This document shows positions 37,342 through 46,600 of a stretch of DNA of 54,064 nucleotides, one piece after another (within the stretch, counting starts at the first letter, position 1; every line of letters begins with the position of its first letter). The stretch covers positions 1-54,064 of the forward strand of contig JBGANF010000045.1 of NCBI GenBank assembly GCA_044222475.1, in the 5' to 3' direction. The notes beneath the pieces are model-generated. The model made no database searches, was not told the DNA's origin, and worked only from the letters and a program-made list of their open reading frames with translations. The position numbers and the translations under genes were made by a program. Source of the DNA: Polyangiaceae bacterium. Lineage in GTDB: Bacteria > Myxococcota_A > Polyangia > Polyangiales > Polyangiaceae.

Positions 37342-38571
37342 TCAGCTCCACTTCCCCGCGAGCAGCATTCGGTGATCGAGCGGCAGCTCCTTCCCTTCGA
37401 GGAGCACGTTCCAGTAGACCCACTTGAAGGCGAGCTTGCCCCAGTGGTTGGTCGCGCTCTCCTCGAGGAGGGTGAACGGTCCGATGCCAGGGAGCGGGTA
37501 GCGACCCGGGAGCGGCTCGGTCTCGTAGTTGAAGTCGATCAGCATCGCCTTGCCGTATCCGGTCTCCACGAAGCAATTGGCGTGACCGTCGAACGACGGC
37601 GACAGCGGCTGGTTGCCCACGAACCGGAGAACGTTGTCGAAGAGCACCTCGGACTGGAAGTGCGCGACCGCGCCCGCCTTCGACGCCGGCAGGTCGGTCG
37701 CGTCACCGAGGGCGAAGACGTTCGCGAACTTCGGGCTCTGAAGCGTGTGCTTGTCGACGGTGAGCCATCCGCTCGCGTCGCCCAAACCCGACCGCTTGAT
37801 GCTTTCCGACCCGCCGTGGACGGGGATCGACACGAGGAGATCGTAGTTCGTCTCCCGACCATCGAACGACTTCAGGATCCGCTTTCCACCGTCGACGGCG
37901 GACACGGAGAAGTCGCCGAGGACCGAGATGCCGCGACGGGCGAGCATGTCACCGAAGGCCGCCGCGGCGCGGGGCTTGGTGAACGCGCCTTCGAGTGGCG
38001 TCGCGTAGACGATCTCGACCTTGTCGCGAATCCCTCGCTGAGCGAAGTAGGCCTCCGCGAGGAACAAGAACTCGAGCGGGGCGACCGGGCACTTGATCGG
38101 CATCTCGGCGACGTCGAGGACGACGCGGCCGCCGGTGAATCCTTCGAGCGCCCTTCGAAGCGCGAGCGCCCCTTCCAACGTGTAGAAATCGAACGCCGTC
38201 TCCTTCCAGCCGACACCGGTCAAGCCGGGTGTCTCTTCGGGGAGGATTCGGCTCCCGGTCGCCACGATGAGCACGTCGTACGCGAGCGCAGGTTGACCCA
38301 CGAGATGGACCGCGTTCTCGTCGGGCGCGATCCGATCGATCTCCGCGAGGCGCAGCTCGACGCGCGGGTCGAGGAGGTTCTTGCGTCGCTTCACGATCTC
38401 CTCGGCGCGGTACTGACCGAAAGGAAGAAAGAGAAGCCCCGGTTGATACACGTGGACGTCGTCTCGATCGACGACGGAGACCTTCCAGCCGTCCTCGGGG
38501 AGCGCGCGCACGAGCTTGTTCGCCATCATCGTTCCGCCGGTGCCGGCGCCTAGGATCACTATTTTTTTCAT
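37342..38571 (-). CDS. sqr: Sulfide:quinone oxidoreductase
   Basis: GAGTGG FAD site, HVYQPG, PIKCPVAPLE, VFALGDATD.P.SKAG.VAH, FDGHANCFVETG; two catalytic Cys; next to sulfur-relay genes. Confidence 0.85.
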   Translation of the reverse strand: MKKIVILGAGTGGTMMANKLVRALPEDGWKVSVVDRDDVHVYQPGLLFLPFGQYRAEEIVKRRKNLLDPRVELRLAEIDRIAPDENAVHLVGQPALAYDVLIVATGSRILPEETPGLTGVGWKETAFDFYTLEGALALRRALEGFTGGRVVLDVAEMPIKCPVAPLEFLFLAEAYFAQRGIRDKVEIVYATPLEGAFTKPRAAAAFGDMLARRGISVLGDFSVSAVDGGKRILKSFDGRETNYDLLVSIPVHGGSESIKRSGLGDASGWLTVDKHTLQSPKFANVFALGDATDLPASKAGAVAHFQSEVLFDNVLRFVGNQPLSPSFDGHANCFVETGYGKAMLIDFNYETEPLPGRYPLPGIGPFTLLEESATNHWGKLAFKWVYWNVLLEGKELPLDHRMLLAGKWS

Positions 38572-38599
38572 CGCCGAGCCTCTTCTTCAGCGGGCACTA

Positions 38600-38615
38600 A
38601 GCAAGCGGTAGGCCA
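38600..38615 (-). promoter_or_regulatory. Sigma54 (-24/-12) promoter of the sqr operon
   Basis: Minus strand TGGCCTACCGCTTGCT matches TGGC-N7-TTGCW; predicted start ~38589, GAAGAGG RBS-like motif, ATG 38571. Confidence 0.7.
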
Positions 38616-38659
38616 CTCAGAGATTGCTGAAGAGACAGCGACCTCCGACCCGCGCGCCA

Positions 38660-38694
38660 CGCAGCCCTTGCGCCGGCCTTTCGCAGCGCTTGCG
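38660..38694. promoter_or_regulatory. Tandem palindromes CGCA-N5-TGCG (putative enhancer-binding-protein sites)
   Basis: CGCAGCCCTTGCG at 38660 and CGCAGCGCTTGCG at 38682, 22 bp apart, upstream of the sigma54 site. Confidence 0.5.
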
Positions 38695-38811
38695 TGGACC
38701 CCGACTTTCGAGCGCAATCGGGCTGAATCCTTTGCCCGTCGAGGAGGCTCTCACGAGGTTTGTGCCCCGGTCCGCGACCCAAAGGTTTGCGATGCGGACC
38801 GTCGAAGGCAC

Positions 38812-39165
38812 GTGCGTGCCGTCATCGCCATCGCGTTCCTGGCGCTCCCCGCGTGCGCCCATTCGAGCCCGCCGCCCGCTGCGATCGGCGCCGAAGACGG
38901 ACTCACCGAAGCGCAGTGCACCCAGCTCTTCGGAACGCCGCACATTCCACCGACCCTCGTCGACCTCGCGGGCTGGTCCGCCCGGCGCGGCGTTCCGACC
39001 GACTGCGGTGAAGACCGCGTCGTCCGCGGCCTGAACGGAGACGGCGAGTGCACCGCCGGACCGGTGGATCTCGACGGCGCACCGACTCGGCTCGCGATCC
39101 GCGTCCGCGCGATCGACGGCGAGCTGTTCGTGCTCGGCATCTCGCCCGTTCGCCATCCGCGCTGA
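38812..39165 (+). CDS. Small hypothetical lipoprotein
   Basis: VRAVIAIAFLALPA-C lipobox from GTG 38812. Confidence 0.5.
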   Translation: MRAVIAIAFLALPACAHSSPPPAAIGAEDGLTEAQCTQLFGTPHIPPTLVDLAGWSARRGVPTDCGEDRVVRGLNGDGECTAGPVDLDGAPTRLAIRVRAIDGELFVLGISPVRHPR

Positions 39166-39184
39166 GAGTCGTTATCGTGCGCCG

Positions 39185-39691
39185 ATGCCGCTCACCGAAG
39201 AGGCGTTCACTGCGATCGTCGACGCGGGGTGTCCCGACTGTCGAGACAAGCGACTCCTCCTCGAGACGATCGTGACGCAGGACCTGCCGCTCCACGGCGG
39301 CGAGATCTTCGGTGCTCCTTCGTGGGCCTACAAAGGCGAAGAGCTCGTCCGCGGCACCTATCGCATCGCTTGCGTCGGCTGCAAACGCGAGCTCTTCGCC
39401 GCGACCGCGTGCCCGCTCTGCAGCGAGGACGATGGCGTCGCCCGCGCGCTCTCGACCGAGAACGGGATGCCGCTCCCGGCAGCGTGCGCCGGGTGCGGGA
39501 GCGAGCTCGTGACCGCCACGGCGTGGGTCCCCGCCCGCGTCACCTACGAAGGAAAGCGCGCGAACAAAGCCCGCGCCGAGGCAGCGCCCGAGGATGCCGG
39601 CTTCCACGCAATACGTGTACGATGCAAGCAATGCGGCCACGTCGAAGCGCGGCGCGAACCGTGCCCGCTGTGCCGTGATCGGAGCGCCTAG
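39185..39691 (+). CDS. Putative zinc-binding protein with six CxxC motifs
   Basis: CPDC, CVGC, CPLC, CAGC, CKQC, CPLC; TATCGT 6 nt before ATG. Confidence 0.75.
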   Translation: MPLTEEAFTAIVDAGCPDCRDKRLLLETIVTQDLPLHGGEIFGAPSWAYKGEELVRGTYRIACVGCKRELFAATACPLCSEDDGVARALSTENGMPLPAACAGCGSELVTATAWVPARVTYEGKRANKARAEAAPEDAGFHAIRVRCKQCGHVEARREPCPLCRDRSA

Positions 39692-40116
39692 TCTCGTCGT
39701 CCCGCGTCTGGCGCGGGAGCCGCAGCAGGGTCGGGGCAACCGTCGTCCCCTCCGCCGGGCTCGTCCGGGCACTTGTCGACCTCGTCCAGCACTCCGTCGC
39801 CGAAGTCGCGATCGACCTCGACCGGCGTCGCCGGCGGGGGATCGGGAACGGCGGCGGAGCACGCCGACGTCGAGAGCACGGCCGCCATCGCCGCAGCCTT
39901 GAAGAGGATGCCGCCGCCCTCGTCCTTGGCGTAGCGCACGCAGAGCTTCTTGACGCCACGATCGCGGTAGAGCGCTCGCGCCTCTTCCTCGGTCCGCTCC
40001 GACAGGTCGTACACGTGCTCGTTGCACTTGTCGCAGAACCGCGTCTTCGCGTCGCCCGGCATCGCGTCCCACGACTCGGTGCACGGGTTCTTCATGGGGA
40101 GAAGCCGAAGCCGCAT
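39688..40116 (-). CDS. Small protein with PCxxxW..M...RFCxxC..V.D domain and a thrombospondin type-3-like Asp-rich repeat
   Basis: NPCTESWDAMPGDAKTRFCDKCNEHVYDLS...LCVRY; DGVLDEVDKCPDEPG..DGCPDP. Confidence 0.72.
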   Translation of the reverse strand: MRLRLLPMKNPCTESWDAMPGDAKTRFCDKCNEHVYDLSERTEEEARALYRDRGVKKLCVRYAKDEGGGILFKAAAMAAVLSTSACSAAVPDPPPATPVEVDRDFGDGVLDEVDKCPDEPGGGDDGCPDPAAAPAPDAGRRD

Positions 40117-40160
40117 CTACAGCTTCTACGTCGGCGACGACCAGCTTCTCCCCGCCGATG

Positions 40161-41144
40161 TCACGGGCAGCAGATCACGTACCCGCCGGTCGGTGCCACG
40201 CCCCCGGTCGGCTTGTAGCCCGACGCGTCGCACTTGGGAGCGGCGGTGACCGTCGTCTCGAGCGCCTTGCCGTCGATGCCGGTGAGCGAGATGCCGTGGC
40301 ACGCACCGTCGAGCGCGAAGGACTGGCCTTCTTTCTTGTTCCCCGCGCAGTTGTCGTCGGAGTTGAGCTGCCCTTGCGCGGTGCACGTCGCCGTGGCCGC
40401 GCAGGTGCACGCCGGCCCGCAGTCGCGCGTGTCGGCGAAGGCCGCGCCGACGACGCGACGCGTGCCGTATCCGGCAGGACACGCCGCATCCGGGTTCTCG
40501 TTGAGGACGCACGCGGCGAGACCGGTAGGCGGATCGGGGACGCACGCGTCGGTGCCTCCGCATCCCGAGCCGAGCGGTGCGCTGAGCGGACACACTCCGC
40601 CGTTGTGGACCTCCGCCGCGGGGACGTTCTTCGTCGTCGCAGGTGCGTTGCACGTGCCCCCGGTGGGCGTGAGGGTCGCGGTGCCCTTCGCCGACGAGAG
40701 CCCAGCCACGCCGAAGTTGGAGTTGTTGATGCAGGACGTGTTGCCGGTGATCGTCGCGTTCGGGTTGCCGAAGCAGATCGCGTTGATGTTGCCCCACACG
40801 TTGACGTTGACGGCCGTGATGTTGCACGTCGCCGGTTGAAGGACCGAGCACGCGCAGGTGCACGCGGCAGCGGCTCCGATCGCCTCGACGGCCGTTCGCG
40901 GGCTCGGCGCGACGAACGAGCCGGTGCACCCCGGCGCCCCATCTCGTTGGTACCCGACGAACGTCCACCCGGGCCCAGGGGCGGGAAAGCACGCGCACTT
41001 GGTCCCTGCCTCGGTGATGCCGTTGCCGCGATCGACGTAGACGTCCGCGATGCCCTCGTCGACCACCCCTCCGTCGCCAGGCGCTTGGCCTGCGGACTCG
41101 AGCCCGCAGGCGGCGAGGAACAGCAAAGGTAAGACGCGCCGCAC
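40161..41144 (-). CDS. Cys-rich lipoprotein
   Basis: LFLAA-C; CTCAC, DTRDCGPACTC, terminal VICCP; TAGACT 6 nt before GTG. Confidence 0.75.
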   Translation of the reverse strand: MRRVLPLLFLAACGLESAGQAPGDGGVVDEGIADVYVDRGNGITEAGTKCACFPAPGPGWTFVGYQRDGAPGCTGSFVAPSPRTAVEAIGAAAACTCACSVLQPATCNITAVNVNVWGNINAICFGNPNATITGNTSCINNSNFGVAGLSSAKGTATLTPTGGTCNAPATTKNVPAAEVHNGGVCPLSAPLGSGCGGTDACVPDPPTGLAACVLNENPDAACPAGYGTRRVVGAAFADTRDCGPACTCAATATCTAQGQLNSDDNCAGNKKEGQSFALDGACHGISLTGIDGKALETTVTAAPKCDASGYKPTGGVAPTGGYVICCP

Positions 41145-41184
41145 GAAATGAGTCTAGCAGAGGTCGACCGAGTACACTCCGCCG

Positions 41185-42120
41185 ATGGTCGCGGTTCGAC
41201 GCGTCGCGCGCGAGATGGCAGCGCAGGATTGGCTGCTCGTGGGCTATTTCGTCGCGCTCGCCATCGCGGTGGCGTCGGGCTCGGGTCGCGACAAGAGCCT
41301 CTCGTGTGCGATGGTCGCGTTCGACGCCACCATCCTCGGGGGCGCGATTCTCCTCGTTCGTGGGGGCATCCTGAAGGACGGGCTAGCTTCGGTGGTGTAC
41401 CGCGCGGGCGTCTTCGTCCCCGTCTTCATCTCGTACTTCCAGCTTCGCTGGATCCTGCCGACGGTGACGACGCGCTCGCTCGACGGTGACCTCCACGCGT
41501 TCGATCTCGCGGTGTTCGGCGTCGAGCCGGCGGTCGCGTGGGATCGCTTCGTCACGCCGGTCACGACGGAGTGGTTCGCGTTCTTCTACTTCGGCTACTT
41601 CTTCGTGATGGGGGCGCACATCTTCCCGTTCTTGTTCCTCGGGAAGGACGACCTCTTGATGCGGCACTTCGGGCTGGGGATCTTCTTCCAGTTCTGCGCG
41701 ACCCACCTCCTCTACATGGTCGTGCCCGGGTTCGGGCCGTACAAGGTGCTGACCTTCGTGCACGCGCTCGACGGCGGCACGTTTCGCGATCTCGTCATGT
41801 CGTCGGTCCACTCCGCGGGCGCGCAGAAGGACATCTTCCCTTCCCTCCACACCGGCGCGCCGACGTTCCTGACCGTGTTCTCGTTCCTCCACCGCGACCG
41901 CGCGCCGTTCAAGTACACGTGGCCGATCCTCGCCTTCGTCGTCTCGCAGATCATCATCGCGACGATGTTCCTCCGCTGGCACTGGCTCGTCGACATCGTC
42001 GCGGGGTTCTCGTTGGCGACCACGAACGCCATCGTGAGCCGCGCGATCGTGCGGTGGGAGATCCGACGGCGCGAGGCCCGCGGCGCGACCCCGATCTTCG
42101 GCCGGTCCGTATGGAGATGA
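41185..42120 (+). CDS. PAP2-superfamily membrane enzyme, inositol-phosphorylceramide synthase/AUR1-like
   Basis: Multiple TM segments; VPGFGP, DIFPSLHTG, ATMFLRWHWLVDIVAG catalytic motifs. Confidence 0.82.
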   Translation: MVAVRRVAREMAAQDWLLVGYFVALAIAVASGSGRDKSLSCAMVAFDATILGGAILLVRGGILKDGLASVVYRAGVFVPVFISYFQLRWILPTVTTRSLDGDLHAFDLAVFGVEPAVAWDRFVTPVTTEWFAFFYFGYFFVMGAHIFPFLFLGKDDLLMRHFGLGIFFQFCATHLLYMVVPGFGPYKVLTFVHALDGGTFRDLVMSSVHSAGAQKDIFPSLHTGAPTFLTVFSFLHRDRAPFKYTWPILAFVVSQIIIATMFLRWHWLVDIVAGFSLATTNAIVSRAIVRWEIRRREARGATPIFGRSVWR

Positions 42121-42140
42121 CTCGCTGGTATCCTCGCGCG

Positions 42141-42854
42141 ATGCGAGCCCTCGCGCTTCTTCCGTTGGTCGTCGTCGCGGCATGCGAAGCGAAGCCGACC
42201 GCGACGCCCACTCCTGCGGAGCCGACCGCGACCGTGAGCGCGATCCCGATCGCGAGCTCGGCGCCGATCGACGCGGGCACCGCGACCCTCGAGGCGTCGG
42301 TTGCGCCGGAGGCGAGCGCGCCGCCGGTCGCGAGCGCGCTCCCGTGGTGCGATGCCGCCTACTCCCACACGCCGTGCGCCTTCCGCGCGTACGGCCTCTG
42401 CTACGAGCGCTTCAAGAACTGCACGAACCTCCCCTGCACCGAGGCGGCGCCCGCCCCGACGAAGTGCCCCGCCGGCGATGCTCCCGCGTTCATGAACAAG
42501 GCGCGCGCCTGCGGCCGCAAAGCGACCGACCCCGTCGTCCCGCAGAAGACGGGTTGGGCGGCCACGCCGCCGGCGTGCGACGCGATCCTCACGACGTGGT
42601 CCAACGTACCGACCGACGACCGCTCGTGCAAAGTAGATGCAGACTGCACGGATATCGTGGGCTCGTGCTTCCACGCGACCCTCAACGTGACGGCGAGGAA
42701 GAAGGCCGCCTACGCGAAGACGCCGTGCTCTGCACCGGGCGCCGGGGCGTGTCCGGACGGAGCGCGACCCGTGAAGTGCGAGTCGGGTTGCTGCGTCGAG
42801 CAGGGCGGCGGGTTCGGCGACCACGCCGAGGTCCCCTTCGCCAACGCTCCTTGA
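42141..42854 (+). CDS. Cys-rich lipoprotein
   Basis: MRALALLPLVVVAA-C; DRSCKVDADC, CESGCC; extended -10 TGGTATCCT 6 nt before ATG. Confidence 0.72.
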   Translation: MRALALLPLVVVAACEAKPTATPTPAEPTATVSAIPIASSAPIDAGTATLEASVAPEASAPPVASALPWCDAAYSHTPCAFRAYGLCYERFKNCTNLPCTEAAPAPTKCPAGDAPAFMNKARACGRKATDPVVPQKTGWAATPPACDAILTTWSNVPTDDRSCKVDADCTDIVGSCFHATLNVTARKKAAYAKTPCSAPGAGACPDGARPVKCESGCCVEQGGGFGDHAEVPFANAP

Positions 42855-42858
42855 TCTC

Positions 42859-43539
42859 TCATCCCGGGTGGCCGATGGCGATCACGTAGACGGGGAGCTC
42901 ATCCCGCCCCACCCCGAGCACGTCACGCACTCCGTCGTCGTCGAACCCACCCAAGGGTACGGCGCCCAGCCCCATCGCCGTCGCCTCGAGCAAGACGTTC
43001 TGGCCCGCGTGCCCGGCCTCGATGAACGCGTAGCGTTCTCCGCGGTCTCCGTACTTCGCACTCGAGCGCGACACCACGGCCGTCACGACGAGGTCGACCG
43101 CCGCGTGAACGACCGCCTCCTGATCGAGCGAGGCGTGCCCCAGCGCCGCGCGGTGATCGACGTGATCCCGCTGGCGCAGCTCGTGCTCGCGGGGTTCGTA
43201 GTGATAGAGCCCGCTCGGATGCACGACGTAGAGCTCCAGCGGATGGAGCGCACCGGCGGAGGGTGCCGTGCGTCCACCCCCGGAAGGGTCGGTGATGCCC
43301 TGCGCCGCCCAACACAGCTTGCCCACGTCGGCGAGGGCGATCGGCTCGGTGGAGTAGCTGCGGATCGATCGCCGGCGCCGAAGGACGTCATCGAGGGTCA
43401 CTTCTCCGGGCGACGCGTCGGGGAGCGCTACGCGTTCGCCGCGCTGCGCCTCCGCTGCAGTCTGGGTCGATGCGTCCTTTCGCGCGCACGCGCCGAGCGC
43501 GAGGACGACGAGCAAGCTCGACGCGATGCGGAGATGCAT
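42859..43539 (-). CDS. SagB/ThcOx-family nitroreductase with lipoprotein signal
   Basis: RRRSIRSY, WAAQG, RTAPSAGALHPLELY, GLYHY, KYGDRG.RY..IEAGHAGQN, LGAVPLGGFDD; LALGA-C. Confidence 0.9.
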   Translation of the reverse strand: MHLRIASSLLVVLALGACARKDASTQTAAEAQRGERVALPDASPGEVTLDDVLRRRRSIRSYSTEPIALADVGKLCWAAQGITDPSGGGRTAPSAGALHPLELYVVHPSGLYHYEPREHELRQRDHVDHRAALGHASLDQEAVVHAAVDLVVTAVVSRSSAKYGDRGERYAFIEAGHAGQNVLLEATAMGLGAVPLGGFDDDGVRDVLGVGRDELPVYVIAIGHPG

Positions 43540-43550
43540 GCCGACCCCGA

Positions 43551-43566
43551 AGCAAGCTGCGTTCCA
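43551..43566 (-). promoter_or_regulatory. Sigma54 (-24/-12) promoter of the nitroreductase gene
   Basis: Minus strand TGGAACGCAGCTTGCT; predicted +1 ~43540, next to ATG 43539. Confidence 0.65.
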
Positions 43567-43670
43567 TCACCCGCCTGCCCGTTCGGACTCGTCGGTCGCG
43601 CAACTTCTTCGTCGACCGGCAGGGGACGCGCCCGCGTCGCCTCGCGAAACGTGATGTAGGCTGTGCCCGC

Positions 43671-46600
43671 GTGCCCCTTCCGATCGAGGAGATCCGACGT
43701 CGCATCGAGGCGACGCAGAGCGGCGTGCTCCTCGTGCCGTCGCGCATCCTGCGCCGCGTGATCAAGCGCCACCGCCAGATACCGGCCGGGCTCGACGTGC
43801 CGCACGCGAGCTCGTACGTCGTCGCGAAGGAAGAGCTGCTCGCCATCGCCAGCGCCGACGAGCTCGGCTCGAACGCGTTGGATCTTCCCGCGCACGTGAT
43901 CCTCCTGCCTCGGCCCGAGGAGGAGGACACGTCGGACTCGCAGGCGGTCCTCGTGCGTCTGTGGCGCTCCGCGTTCCACGCGTCGATCCACCGCGCGCTC
44001 GAAGAGCGCATCGCGAGCGGCACGGTCTCGCCGGCCGCGATCCGCGCGCGTGTCCATCGCGTCGGCCAGACCGAGGTCGACGAAGCGCGCCTCGTGCTCC
44101 GGCAGGACGATCTCCTCCTCTCGCCGCACGACGCCGGCGCGGTCTACGTCGAGCTGATCGCGACCTACCTCGAGCTCCTTCACTTCGCGCCGGACCAGCT
44201 CGCGCGCACGTTTCCTGCGCTGCGCGACCACCAGACGATGGCCGAGGTGATCGCACCCGACGTGGATGCGCTCGCCCTCCTCGAGAAGTGCCGCCCGGAG
44301 GGCACGCCGCCGATCGCCGAGATCGCGGCGCGCAGTCGCGTCGAGACCGACGAGGTGATCCGCGGCCACGGCCGCCCGCGCGCGCAGAGCACTCCGGACG
44401 TGAACCCGCCCCCGCGCCGCACCGTGGGCGACGAGCCTCCCGAGATCACCCGCCGGGCCGCCAAGGCCGAGAGGCGCGGGAACCTGGTTCGCGCCATGCT
44501 CATTCGGGCGCGCGTCGGGACGCGCGGCGAAGCCGGTGCGCGAAACAACCTCGTCGCGCTCGCGAAGCGCCTCGCGAAAGCCCTCGAGTGGCCGGACGCG
44601 CCGGTGACCGACTGGGCGAACGCCCTGTATCCCCTCTTGCCCGCGGCGCACGCGCGCGCGCTCCCGTGGAACGCGGAGGCGCGGCTCCTCTACGATCTGC
44701 TCCGCGCGTGCGTCGATCACGAGCGCGAGATCTTCACCGTGAGCGTCGCCGAGTGGGCGCTGTCGCTCGGCGAACGCCCGATTCGGCGGGCCCTGCCCGC
44801 TCAGCGCGAGGTGCGCGTGTCGAAGCACCTACGGTCGGCCATCGAGCGCATCGAGAGCGTTCGCCTCGACGACGCCCCGAGAGGCAACCTCGAGGCGCTC
44901 CTCGAGACCCTCGCGAGTCGGGCCGAGGACAACACGCGCCGCGCGCTCCGACCGCGCTTGCGCGCCGCGCTGCGCGAGGTCCGACTGATCGCGAAGAACG
45001 TCCCCGAGGAGGTCTCCGAGCACAAGATGGTCGAAGAGCTGATCGATCACGTGGTCGCTCACCGGTTCCTCTCGCTCGGGCAGCTCCGCGACGCGATCTC
45101 GCGCAACCACATCAAGCTCCGCACGCTGCGAGCGCGCGAGCTCGTCTTCGGTGACGCGCTGCTCGAGGTGGACCGCATCCTCTCGCGCAGCCTCGACGGC
45201 GTGTACCGGCGCGCGGAGATCTACGTTCGCGGGCTGCAGAAGCTCTCGTCGATCATGTTCGGCACCGTCCCCGGTCGCCTGCTCGTTCTCTACCTTCTGC
45301 TGCCGGTGGTGTGCGCGTACGTCGTGCTCGAAGGGCTGCACCACGTCGTCGGACCGCTGCTCGCGAAGATCCCCCACGTCCCCGAGCCCGACTTCGTGAG
45401 CTGGCCGACGATCGCGATCTCGTCGGCGGTGATCTTCACCCTCATCCACTCGCGCAACGCGCGCTTCCTCGCTCAGGAGGGGCTCAAAGGCGCGGCGGCG
45501 ATCCTTCGGTTCTTTCTGTTTCGAGTGCCCGGGTGGTTCTGGCGGCGCGCGCTCGTCCAGGCAATCGTGAAGAGCCGGCCCGTCCAGCTGCTCGTCCGGT
45601 TCTTCCTCAAGCCGCTCTTCGTCACCGCGATCGCGTCGCTCGTCGTCCCGTTCCTGCCGATCGAGCAGTGGGTCGCGCTGTGCGGAGTGATCGGCGTCTT
45701 CGTCTTGGCGAACGTGGCGTTGAACTCGCGCATCGGCGCGATGCTCGAAGAGACCGCCACCGATTGGACGGTGCGCACCTGGCAGCGGCTCCACCGGCGG
45801 ATCATCCCTGGTCTCTTCGCGCTGATCGTCGCGTTCTTCCGCCGCATGATCGAGCTGATGGACCGCGCGATCTACGCGGTCGACGAGATCCTGCGGTTCC
45901 GACAGGGCGAAGGTCGCGCGACGTACTTCCTCAAGGGCGGCCTCGGCATCGTCTGGTTCATCCTCACGTATGCAGTTCGCCTGTACGTGAACCTCCTCGT
46001 CGAGCCGGAGATCAACCCGATCAAGCACTTCCCGGTGGTCACCGTCGCCGCGAAGCTGATGATCCCGGTCACGCCGCTCCTGCACCGCGCGATGAGCGTG
46101 CCGCTCACGCGATTGCTCGGCCCGTTCGTCGGCGAGGCGATCGCGGTCTCGACCGTGTTCGTGCTCCCCGGGTTCTTCGGGTTCCTCGTGTGGGAGCTCA
46201 AGGAGAACTGGAAGATCTACGAGCAGAACCGCGCGCGCGAGCTCGGCCCGGTGACGATCGGCCACCACGGCGAGACGATGATCGCGCTCATGCGACCCGG
46301 GTTGCACTCGGGGACTCTGCCGAAGATCTACCGCAAGCTCCGCCGCGCATCCCAAAGTGGTAAACAGGCGCTCCACGAGCAACGCGAAGAGCTCGGGCAC
46401 GTCGAGCGCGCGATCCGGCACTTCGTCGAGCGCGAGATCGTCGGGCTGCTCGACCGGGCGAAGCGATGGAAAGGCGGCCACGTCGTCATCGGCGAGATCG
46501 CGATGGCGTCGAACCGGATCCGCATCGGGCTCACCTGCCCGAGCGCCGGCGACGCCATCACCGAGATCACGTTCGAGGAGCAGTCCGGTCTCCTCCTCGG

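Noticed and set aside
38770..38799. GTCCGC-N18-GCGGAC inverted repeat
   Set aside because: 6-bp GC-rich arms are expected by chance at this base composition
42141..43539. TOMM/RiPP cluster around the SagB-like gene
   Set aside because: No YcaO cyclodehydratase, precursor peptide or dedicated exporter; the Cys-rich neighbours are lipoproteins
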